Source of the DNA: Candidatus Iainarchaeum sp.
GTDB lineage: Archaea > Iainarchaeota > Iainarchaeia > Iainarchaeales > GCA-2688035
Assembly: GCA_017610175.1 (NCBI GenBank)
Contig: JAFCCO010000015.1
Span: forward strand, 1 to 39,982
DNA: 39,982 nucleotides
Direction: 5' to 3'
Of this stretch, positions 1-6,954 are shown piece after piece. The notes below the pieces were generated by a model. The model ran no database searches, was not told where the DNA came from, and saw only the letters and a program-made list of their open reading frames with translations. Position 1 is the stretch's first letter, and the number at the start of each line of letters is the position of its first letter. Made by a program: the position numbers and the translations under genes.

Positions 1-531
1 CGCAAGAGGAGTGTTTAAAGCAGAAAAAAAGTCGGGCGAAGTGTTTGAATCATCAACTGTTGTTGAGGATAAAAAGGAACCAAACCAACTCCACTCATTC
101 ACATCATTGTTTGCAATATCAAGGTTTACATCCAAAGGAAAACTATTGTACAAAACATTCGAATCATACAAAGCAGGAGAGTAGTTTCCGTCGTGTGAAA
201 CAAAGTGCGCAGAATACTGAAAGAAACGGGTGGGGGAAAAGGCATTCAAATCCCAAACAGAACCAGCATTTGAGAACGGGACAGCAAAAACCGAGCCTGT
301 TTCACCGTCAGGTCCGGCAAAAACCTCACCAGCACACTCAGAGTCATCACAACCCCTCACCTGAAACAAAACATTAACATCTGCAGAATTGTCCACCGAA
401 TAAACCCCAAAAACATCGTGGATTGAATTGTACTGGGGAAGAACAATGCCAATGGCAAAAGCAAAAGCAAACTGAAAGCTAAGCAAAAGGCACACTGTTA
501 ACAGCAAAAAACCCTTTTTCAGCTTTCCCAT
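1..531 (-). CDS. Secreted/surface protein, 3'-partial (runs off the window start); absent from the ORF track
   Basis: Manual translation from ATG at 531 is open to base 1: MGKLKKGFLLLTVCLLLSFQFAFAFA (signal peptide) ...VNVLFQVRGCDDSECAGEVFAGPDG...FSPTRFFQYSAHF...SPALYDSNVLY...FPLDVNLDIANNDVNEWSWFGSF...DFFSALN. Confidence 0.85.
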   Translation of the reverse strand, partial: MGKLKKGFLLLTVCLLLSFQFAFAFAIGIVLPQYNSIHDVFGVYSVDNSADVNVLFQVRGCDDSECAGEVFAGPDGETGSVFAVPFSNAGSVWDLNAFSPTRFFQYSAHFVSHDGNYSPALYDSNVLYNSFPLDVNLDIANNDVNEWSWFGSFLSSTTVDDSNTSPDFFSALNTPLA

Positions 532-619
532 CTCATTTCCCCTTTCTCCTTTCTTTCTTCCCGGTAGTTTTCCCATTCCATTTTTCCTTTGACTTTTTTT
601 CCCTTTCCTTTTTTTTTCG

Positions 620-673
620 CTTCAAGATTCAAAATTCCAGATTACCAGATTCAAGACAGATTTTCAGATTCAA
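620..673 (-). repeat. Short tandem AATCT(G) repeats directly after the stop codon of the lectin-fold gene; candidate DGR cis element
   Basis: Minus strand reads TGAATCTGAAAATCTGTCTTGAATCTGGTAATCTGGAATTTTGAATCTTGAAG, five AATCT copies. Confidence 0.6.
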
Positions 674-783
674 GGCGCCGCGCAGCAGCGAAACCCGACG
701 CTGCAGGTCGCAAGGGCCGAATCGAAGCTCAAATAGGCACTGAACAAGCCCGCAATGCCCCCAATGCTCCAACCGCCGCCACG
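670..783 (-). other. Putative DGR variable repeat (VR)
   Basis: RGGGWSIGGIAGLFSAYLSFDSALATCSVGFRCC: fixed scaffold with NNY codons at positions where DGR templates carry AAY; 9 adenines in 111 nt, no codon ends in A; GC-rich 3' end CGCTGCTGCGCGGCGCC. Confidence 0.7.
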
Positions 784-1827
784 CAGAACAGCCCGATTCT
801 CCTTCGTTGAGCTTGTGTAAACCCCGTCGTTCCCATAATGCAAACTCTTTTCCCCGTTTCCCCACAGGGGAGGAGAAACATCGTCATTCGGATAATTCCA
901 GCCATTGTCAGCCGAGTCGGCGTTAACATCTACAACATCCGATGTCCAGTCGTAAACGTTTCCAATCAAATCAAAAACACCCTCTGCGGACACACAGTTT
1001 GAAGGGCTCTGGCTGTTGGTGCTTCCTGTATTGCACGCGGCCCCACCCCCCTGGGAATGACTTGGACAAGAATTTGTTGCGCCAACAACGCATGCGGCGT
1101 CTGTTACAGCGTCACTCAAACCGTAAACCTGTCCGTTGAGGTTTGCGGCAGCCATCCACTCTTCACTCGAGCACAAATGCTTTCCGGCAGCCGCACAGGC
1201 TGTTGCTGCATTTGTTTGTGAGATTGTTGTCCACGGTATTCTGCCGGCAACGCTTGCAGGAACCGGGCTTTCACCATAATGGGCTTCACTGCCTGCACTC
1301 CATTCAATGCTGTTGTCGCAGAAGGTTGCGTCAGAGTGGCTCGCCTCATACTTGTCAATGCAGAAGCCGCCAAGCTTTGGAATAAAAGCCATTCCTTCCG
1401 GGCAATTAAAATCCTTCAAGCCCCAAGAGATTGAGTTCCAGTCAACAACACTTCCGGCATCAAACACCCTGCTGTTATAATCACCCGAAGTGCTCCCCGC
1501 CGTCAATCCAACGAACCCGTTCCCGTCCAAAGAATTAAAATCAGTCCCAGAGTACGCGCCAGCATCAAACTCTGCCTCAGAATTCACATCCCAGTTAAAG
1601 TCAACATCAAAATTGGCTTCACCCACCAAATCCATTGAAACAGATGAAACGTTTGCATTCAAAGGAATGCTGAAAGAGCCGGCAGACCCCCCCGCCGCAA
1701 AGAAAGAAAAAGACTCACCGGACTCACCGCCGCCAAAAGTCGAAATTGTTGGCGCAAAAACAAGCAAACCAGCAAAAAGCAGGCAAGCAACAGCCACCAA
1801 CAAAAAAGGCTTCCAACGGCTTTGCAT
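670..1827 (-). CDS. Secreted or membrane-anchored protein with C-terminal FGE-sulfatase/C-type lectin (CLec) fold; likely DGR target
   Basis: N-terminal hydrophobic segment after MQSRWK (ATG 1827 preferred over 1881); FGE-type motifs CPEGM, FCIDKYEAS, A...C...GKHLCSSEEW, GVFDLIGNVYDW, AVLRGGGW, VGFRCC. Confidence 0.85.
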   Translation of the reverse strand: MQSRWKPFLLVAVACLLFAGLLVFAPTISTFGGGESGESFSFFAAGGSAGSFSIPLNANVSSVSMDLVGEANFDVDFNWDVNSEAEFDAGAYSGTDFNSLDGNGFVGLTAGSTSGDYNSRVFDAGSVVDWNSISWGLKDFNCPEGMAFIPKLGGFCIDKYEASHSDATFCDNSIEWSAGSEAHYGESPVPASVAGRIPWTTISQTNAATACAAAGKHLCSSEEWMAAANLNGQVYGLSDAVTDAACVVGATNSCPSHSQGGGAACNTGSTNSQSPSNCVSAEGVFDLIGNVYDWTSDVVDVNADSADNGWNYPNDDVSPPLWGNGEKSLHYGNDGVYTSSTKENRAVLRGGGWSIGGIAGLFSAYLSFDSALATCSVGFRCCAAP

Positions 1828-1970
1828 CCTGCCAAACAACTCAAACCCTTCACCAAACACGCCAAAACACAACCAAACCAATACGCGATTACCCTATCAA
1901 TACAATAACTCCCCCCCCTAAATAAACCTTTGCCCGCCCCTTGGGGGGGGGGGTTCCGGGAAAAGAGCGG

Positions 1971-2264
1971 TTAGTTTGTTCTCTTAAGGTATTTTTCTAA
2001 GTCTCGGTAGTCTTTTTTTCTTTCAAGAAGGCAGGCTATCAGGATGTTTGGTTCCAAAACAACGTAAATTAGTCTTGTTTCTTTTCCCTGCAGGCTTAAT
2101 CTTACTCTGGAAACTTTGTTGAATTTTTTAGAGCGGATTCTTTTGAATCTGAAGGGGTTTTCTTTAATTAGGGCAATTTTTTCCTTGATTTGTTTTTTGC
2201 TTTTTTCATCAAGTTCTTCAACTTGTTGGATGAAAAAATCCAGCGCGTTGAGGGTAAAACTCAT
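1971..2264 (-). CDS. RelE/ParE-family toxin (type II TA)
   Basis: 97 aa, basic, F..QVEELD.KSKKQIKEKI..IKENP...RVRLS...RLIY pattern; overlaps the upstream small gene by 4 nt. Confidence 0.75.
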   Translation of the reverse strand: MSFTLNALDFFIQQVEELDEKSKKQIKEKIALIKENPFRFKRIRSKKFNKVSRVRLSLQGKETRLIYVVLEPNILIACLLERKKDYRDLEKYLKRTN

Positions 2265-2515
2265 TCCAACGCCTTAAAAAGCTTTTTTTCTGAAACAACG
2301 TGTTTTTTTCTAATGCCGCTTTCAATAAGGCTGTCAATTAAGCCAATTTCTTTTTCAGAAAAGTTTTCGTCAAAATCGCTTTTTTCAAAAATCTTTTCAC
2401 GCAAGGAATCCATTGCAAGCTCTTGAATATTTCTATAGCCGTAGTTTTGTGCAAAAGATTCGGCTGAATCAAAAAGATTTTTACTCATTTTCAAATTAAG
2501 CTGTTTAGTAGCCAT
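2261..2515 (-). CDS. Antitoxin, ribbon-helix-helix type
   Basis: 84 aa, KQLNLKMSKNL...GYRNIQELAMDSLREK RHH pattern, directly upstream of the toxin. Confidence 0.7.
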   Translation of the reverse strand: MATKQLNLKMSKNLFDSAESFAQNYGYRNIQELAMDSLREKIFEKSDFDENFSEKEIGLIDSLIESGIRKKHVVSEKKLFKALE

Positions 2516-2530
2516 AGATATCTATAGATA
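2515..2530. promoter_or_regulatory. Palindromic operator at the TA transcription/translation start
   Basis: Overlapping palindromes TAGATATCTA and TATCTATAGATA abutting the antitoxin ATG; TTTAAA box at ~2541-2546. Confidence 0.5.
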
Positions 2531-2692
2531 CCATTGTTATTTTAAAGGTTTTCCATTGCCCTCCGCCCCAAAAAAATTAAAATCCCTGCATTGAATTACC
2601 CCTGCATTTGCCTGGCAAACGGCAAAAGGAAAGAATTAGTAAGGGCAGGGGCGAAGGCAAACCAATATTAATATTCCCGCACTAAACCCCTT

Positions 2693-3556
2693 ATGGAATA
2701 TACTGCAAACGATTCTCCCTCTAAAAACAAGGACGCAATCATCTCGCGCTACAGGCAGGAGCTTATTGTAGGGGGCTACAGCGCGCGCACAATCAAAATG
2801 TACCTTTTTTACCTGAAAGACTTTCTCGGCTCAACCCAAAAGCCGATGGATGAGGTTGTGCGCGAGGACATAATCGCATTCCTTGCAAAGAAAAAGGAGG
2901 AAAAGAACGCAAGCAACTCAACCATTTCACTAATTCACTCCTCCCTTAGGTTCTATTTCCACAACATCCTTGGTAAAAAAATTCTCGATGAAATAAAAAC
3001 CCCGCGCAAGGCAAAAAAACTACCTGTTACACTCACGCGGGACGAAATCAGGGACCTGATTAAGGCATCCAAGCCCAAGCGCAACCGCCTGATTGTTCAG
3101 TTTCTTTATTCCTCGGGAGCAAGGGTTAGCGAGTGTGTAAAGCTCAAAGTACCAGACCTCAATCTCAAAGAGAGAATTGCAATGGTGCGCGGCGGCAAGG
3201 GAAACAAGGACAGAGCCATCATTCTGTCCAAGGAGTGGATTAAGTATTTGAAGAAATATCTGGACCGCAAGAAGGTAAAATCCGAATTTGTCTTCAGCAA
3301 GAAAAACGGCAAAAAACTAAGCACTGATACTGTGCAACGGATTGTGAGAGAGGCTGCTGAAAAAGCGGGAATTCAAAAGCACATTACCCCCCACAGCCTG
3401 CGCCACTCATACGCAACCCATCTGCTGGAGGCCGGGGAAAATCTCAGAAAAATCCAGGAGCTGCTGGGCCACTCCAACCTAAACACCACCCAGATTTATA
3501 CCCATGTTTCAGTCAATGACCTTAAAAAAGTTGAAAGCCCGCTTGACAAGCTCTGA
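2693..3556 (+). CDS. xerA: XerA/XerD-type tyrosine recombinase
   Basis: SAM-like N-domain (YSARTIKMY), SGARVSE, GGKGNKDR, ITPHSLRHSYATHLLE, LLGHSNLNTTQIY with the full R-K-H-R-H-Y catalytic set. Confidence 0.92.
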   Translation: MEYTANDSPSKNKDAIISRYRQELIVGGYSARTIKMYLFYLKDFLGSTQKPMDEVVREDIIAFLAKKKEEKNASNSTISLIHSSLRFYFHNILGKKILDEIKTPRKAKKLPVTLTRDEIRDLIKASKPKRNRLIVQFLYSSGARVSECVKLKVPDLNLKERIAMVRGGKGNKDRAIILSKEWIKYLKKYLDRKKVKSEFVFSKKNGKKLSTDTVQRIVREAAEKAGIQKHITPHSLRHSYATHLLEAGENLRKIQELLGHSNLNTTQIYTHVSVNDLKKVESPLDKL

Positions 3557-3573
3557 CCCCGCAGTTCCACTAA

Positions 3574-3843
3574 TTAGCCTAATGTTTCCTGAAGGGCCTT
3601 AAGCTTTGCCACAATTTTGCGACCCTTTTGGGTGAGAACAATTGGTTTAACCCGCCCTGTTGATGAAACATCAATCAAACCAAATTCCTTAAACCCTGCT
3701 AAAACCTTAACCATATGGGGATAAGTGCAGTCCACTTCCTTTGCCAATTCAGAAGCATAGGTTGTTTCTGCATTATTAAATAAAGCTAACAGAACCTTTG
3801 CGGGTTTGTCCCTAAATAAAAAGTAAAAAAGCTCTTCCCCCAT
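3574..3843 (-). CDS. Winged helix-turn-helix regulator (MarR/ArsR-like)
   Basis: YASELAKEVDCTYPHMVKVL...FGLI...GRVKPIVLTQKG; ATG at 3843. Confidence 0.8.
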   Translation of the reverse strand: MGEELFYFLFRDKPAKVLLALFNNAETTYASELAKEVDCTYPHMVKVLAGFKEFGLIDVSSTGRVKPIVLTQKGRKIVAKLKALQETLG

Positions 3844-3906
3844 TAAAACACCCAAAAACTAAGGGTTTCGCCCTTAATAAACTTATCTCCTAAAAGCCAT
3901 AAATTA

Positions 3907-4031
3907 TTATGTATAAATTACAAAATATAAGTTATAAGCTGTTAATTATAAATAATAGAAAAATATGAATTATGTATACCCTAAACTTTGGTTTGATTGC
4001 CGCGGGCTTCCACTCTAAAAATTATGTATAC
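3907..4031. repeat. Direct repeats TTATGTATA (3907, 3970, 4022) in an AT-rich intergenic region
   Basis: AATTATGTATAC exact at 3968-3979 and 4020-4031; core motif also at 3907-3915. Confidence 0.6.
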
Positions 4032-4119
4032 TCCAGCCAAATTGGTTCATTATATCAAAAGAATAGGTTTAAATATGAAAAGTGTTTTATTATATATGAA
4101 TTTTTTAGGAGGACTTTCA

Positions 4120-4425
4120 ATGACAATGCGCTTATCAAAACTTTTTGGAATGGACATCTACACGGCCGGGGCCGAGTACAAAGGCAAAGTGTTCGATCTT
4201 GTTATCAATCTTGAAAAAGGCAAATTAGAAACTATTACTACAGCGCCTTTAAAACCAAGAAGCAAACAGGAAGCAAAAAAGATAATCAGCGAAAAAAGTA
4301 TTCCTTACAAGAATGTAAGAGCTGCTAAAGATATTATCATTGTTGCTGGTGGCAAATCTGCTGCTAAAGAAGCTGCAGCTGCTGAAGCACCAAAACGCGG
4401 TTATACTCGTTATTCAAGACGATAA
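4120..4425 (+). CDS. PRC-barrel domain protein (CdpB-like cell-division family possible)
   Basis: MRLSKLFGMDIYT..AEYKGKVFDLVINLEKG...IPYKNVRAAKDIIIV; Shine-Dalgarno AGGAGG at 4107-4112 supports ATG 4120. Confidence 0.85.
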   Translation: MTMRLSKLFGMDIYTAGAEYKGKVFDLVINLEKGKLETITTAPLKPRSKQEAKKIISEKSIPYKNVRAAKDIIIVAGGKSAAKEAAAAEAPKRGYTRYSRR

Positions 4426-4470
4426 ATAACCGTCATTTTTTTTATTTTTAATAACGTATATTTAAATTTA

Positions 4471-4495
4471 CTTATGTATTATCTTTATACATAAG
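4471..4495. promoter_or_regulatory. Perfect inverted repeat CTTATGTAT-N7-ATACATAAG
   Basis: Read directly; same core motif as the repeats at 3907-4031; upstream of ORF 4542. Confidence 0.6.
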
Positions 4496-4541
4496 ATAAG
4501 TTTGTATATAAGTATAAGAATAGTGGAAGAGTAGGGTGTGA

Positions 4542-5123
4542 ATGGGAGTCAAAGGTTATTTTATCCAATATAAATTTATAATTCCTGAGTCATTGAGCCA
4601 TTCATCATACACTTATCAGAAGCTTTTTAGGGCTCTTTATGGTTATACCCAGGCCGTTTTCAAATCAAATGGCAAAAATTATCACTATCATAGGCCAGGC
4701 ATTCTTTCAGAAGTGCCTTATATTAGGCCCGGCAAAAACTGTGTTATTATTCCCCCCGGTACATTCCAAAAGCTAATTGATTTCTTTAAAACAGGCCGCA
4801 ATCCAACCCACCACTGGAAGTGGAAAGGGGACTGGAAAGCGGTTTATTACATGAATGAAAAAGATATTGAGGAAAAAAAAGCAATTGACGCAGTTATTTC
4901 TTTAATCTTAAGAACCGATGCCTGGGGCAATAGCGAAAAAACAATTTCATTAATGGATGGAATCAAGCGGGGCGCTACAGGACCCCTTGCGGACCCCTAT
5001 AAATCAATCTTACTTTCAAAAGCAAAATCGATTGTTGGGTCTCCTTGGTTCAAGGATGTTTACTCTCTCTCACCGCAACTGAAAGAATTTTATGCAAACT
5101 ATAAATTGATTAAGGGAATTTAA
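4542..5123 (+). CDS. Hypothetical protein (aromatic/basic N-domain, possibly ferredoxin-like Cas2/VapD-type fold)
   Basis: 193 aa ORF, GGGTGTGA upstream of ATG; fold guess is weak. Confidence 0.7.
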   Translation: MGVKGYFIQYKFIIPESLSHSSYTYQKLFRALYGYTQAVFKSNGKNYHYHRPGILSEVPYIRPGKNCVIIPPGTFQKLIDFFKTGRNPTHHWKWKGDWKAVYYMNEKDIEEKKAIDAVISLILRTDAWGNSEKTISLMDGIKRGATGPLADPYKSILLSKAKSIVGSPWFKDVYSLSPQLKEFYANYKLIKGI

Positions 5124-5572
5124 CCCAATTCTACTTCTTTTTTATTTACTATAATTTTAACTTTCTGCGTTTCAGGTTCTTTCTCTTCTTTAGCTTCAAC
5201 CAAAAGAGGAATTTTTCTCCATTTTCTTCGGCCCCCCACACTTGTGGTTTCCATAAGACCCATATCCACAAAAGTTTTCAAATAAGGGTAAAGGCTTCTG
5301 AAGTTTTTATATTCAACCCCAAAGATCTCCTTTATCCTTCGTCTTATTTCTTCCATATCCACCCATTCTTCAAATCCAATCACGCTGTTTAGGTGGTATG
5401 CCTGAGTATTATCCCTAAAATTCAAAATATCCCATATGGAAACTATTGTGCTTTTTTCTTCTTTTTTTGATTCTACCGCGTATATAGTAGAATCTGCTTT
5501 ATTTTCACTCCAAATTTCAATACCTTTTATGGCGCGAAAAAAGCCTTTAATCAGGGATTTAATTACCATCAT
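5120..5572 (-). CDS. Hypothetical protein with probable winged-helix domain
   Basis: WVDMEEIRRRIKEIFGVEYKNFRSLYPYLKTFVDMGLMETTSVGGRRKWR resembles wHTH helices plus wing. Confidence 0.7.
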   Translation of the reverse strand: MMVIKSLIKGFFRAIKGIEIWSENKADSTIYAVESKKEEKSTIVSIWDILNFRDNTQAYHLNSVIGFEEWVDMEEIRRRIKEIFGVEYKNFRSLYPYLKTFVDMGLMETTSVGGRRKWRKIPLLVEAKEEKEPETQKVKIIVNKKEVELG

Positions 5573-5585
5573 TACTATTATAGTA

Positions 5586-5637
5586 CGTAATTACTTATAA
5601 TAATTACGGTAAGTTTCGTAATGATTGGTAATTACCA
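5586..5637. promoter_or_regulatory. GTAATTAC-based palindromes upstream of ORF 5120-5572
   Basis: CGTAATTA-N7-TAATTACG at 5586-5608; GGTAATTACC at 5627-5636. Confidence 0.55.
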
Positions 5638-6102
5638 CATTTTAGCGTTTTTAACAATTAAGTCTTTAAGTGAGCCATTATTATGCCTGATACTTGGGGG
5701 TTATTTTGTTGAGTTTTATGTTCCGGCTTGTTATGGCCCAAACAGAGTGCGGTTTTTTGCTATCTGGTTTCTTTTAGTGTTTTTGGCCGCAAGGTGAGAG
5801 GATATAAAATAGAGTATTTTGCCACCCTAACCGTATATTTAGTGCACAGCCTCAGTGTGTCTTTTGAGAGGCTTTGTTTTTTGGGTGTTTCCCCTTGGTG
5901 CTGGAAAACCGGAACTGTGGGGGTTAGTGAGGGGGCCCAATAAAATGGGATCTCAATAGATTTACTGGCGCCTTGCAGGCAGTGGGTTTCCGTTCATTGT
6001 GAGCGGCCTCAAAACTTGTGTTTTCAGGTGTTTTGGGGGTTATTCGTGTTTTTGAGAAAAAGTGATTGCCTAAAAAAAACCTTAATTTTTGGGCAAGGCC
6101 AA

Positions 6103-6177
6103 TAGCGGGGGAAGGATTTGAACCTTCGACCTTCGGGTTATGAGCCCGACGGGCACTCCTGGCTGCCCCACCCCGCT
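6103..6177 (-). tRNA. tRNA-Met initiator (CAT)
   Basis: AGCGGGG...GGGCTCATAACCC...TTCAAAT...CCCCGCTA; A1-U72 pair and three G-C pairs in the anticodon stem. Confidence 0.97.
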
Positions 6178-6368
6178 GAAGATATTATTAAGGCAAACCA
6201 TTTTAAAGTCTTTTTATTCAGCTTAAAAGCTCAAAATGGCTCAAAAAACAAAATTAAACCAATTTAATCTTGTTTAATGTTAATCGCAGCAAGATTAGGT
6301 CTTTTTATGCGAAAATAACGCGTTTTTAATTTATCTCAGCCCTACTTTTATTTGTCCAACAATTTGTG

Positions 6369-6905
6369 TTAAAGCGCCTTTTTAATTATCGTCTGCTCTG
6401 CCCGCAACGCCCCTAATTCGGTTTCTGTTTCTTTCAGGACTCGGGTATTATTCATCATTCCCATCACTTTTCCGCATTCTGGGCAGCGAAAACCGTATTC
6501 TGCGGCAATCTCAAAGGGCATTGGCCCGCAAGCAGCCCTGCATGAAAACCAGCCATAATTGGATTGCATCTGCTGTTTTGTTTCGAGTTTTTTCACATTC
6601 TCTTGAATTTCTTCAAGCAAAATTTCTGCAATCCTCTTTTTCTTAATGGCCCAAGTGTATGAATACCATCCGGTTTTGCTGTTCTTGCTTTTTTGGTAAC
6701 ATGCAACCCCCCTGTAATGCAGGCGGTTTAGAATTGTCCTCACTTCGGTTACTTTTAATTTCATTTTCTTTGCAAGTTCTTCGTCTGTAACATCTTCCCC
6801 CTTGCGTTCATAAATTTTTATTACCTTTAATGCGCCTTCTCCAGCCATTCGTGTAATTAGGTCTTGGGTAGACTGAAGGTTTATGATTTTTTTTGTTTTT
6901 GGCAT
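6369..6905 (-). CDS. tfe: Transcription factor E (TFIIE-alpha homologue)
   Basis: VTDEELAKKM..KVTEVRTILNRLH, GWYSYTW, Zn ribbon C..C...FRCPECG; ATG 6905 preferred. Confidence 0.93.
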   Translation of the reverse strand: MPKTKKIINLQSTQDLITRMAGEGALKVIKIYERKGEDVTDEELAKKMKLKVTEVRTILNRLHYRGVACYQKSKNSKTGWYSYTWAIKKKRIAEILLEEIQENVKKLETKQQMQSNYGWFSCRAACGPMPFEIAAEYGFRCPECGKVMGMMNNTRVLKETETELGALRAEQTIIKKAL

Positions 6906-6954
6906 TAAAGTCCCCGGCAGATATTTTTTAGCTGACAAACAAATAAAAACCAAT

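Noticed and set aside
532-672. Stop-codon readthrough fusing the lectin gene to the downstream gene (same frame)
   Set aside because: Several in-frame TGA codons lie in the spacer, and the downstream gene has its own signal peptide.
4033-4060. dif site (TTATATCAAAA resembles an archaeal dif arm)
   Set aside because: No matching inverted arm at 6-bp spacing (the left side reads CCAGCCAAATT).
5728-5943. 71-aa ORF, and ORB-like GGAA...GGGG strings nearby
   Set aside because: TTG start, no recognisable motif and GT-skewed non-coding composition; the match to the ORB consensus is too weak.
2693-6177. Integrated element bounded by the recombinase and tRNA-Met
   Set aside because: No duplicate of the tRNA 3' end (att site) was seen, and the recombinase looks like chromosomal XerA rather than an SSV/phage integrase.
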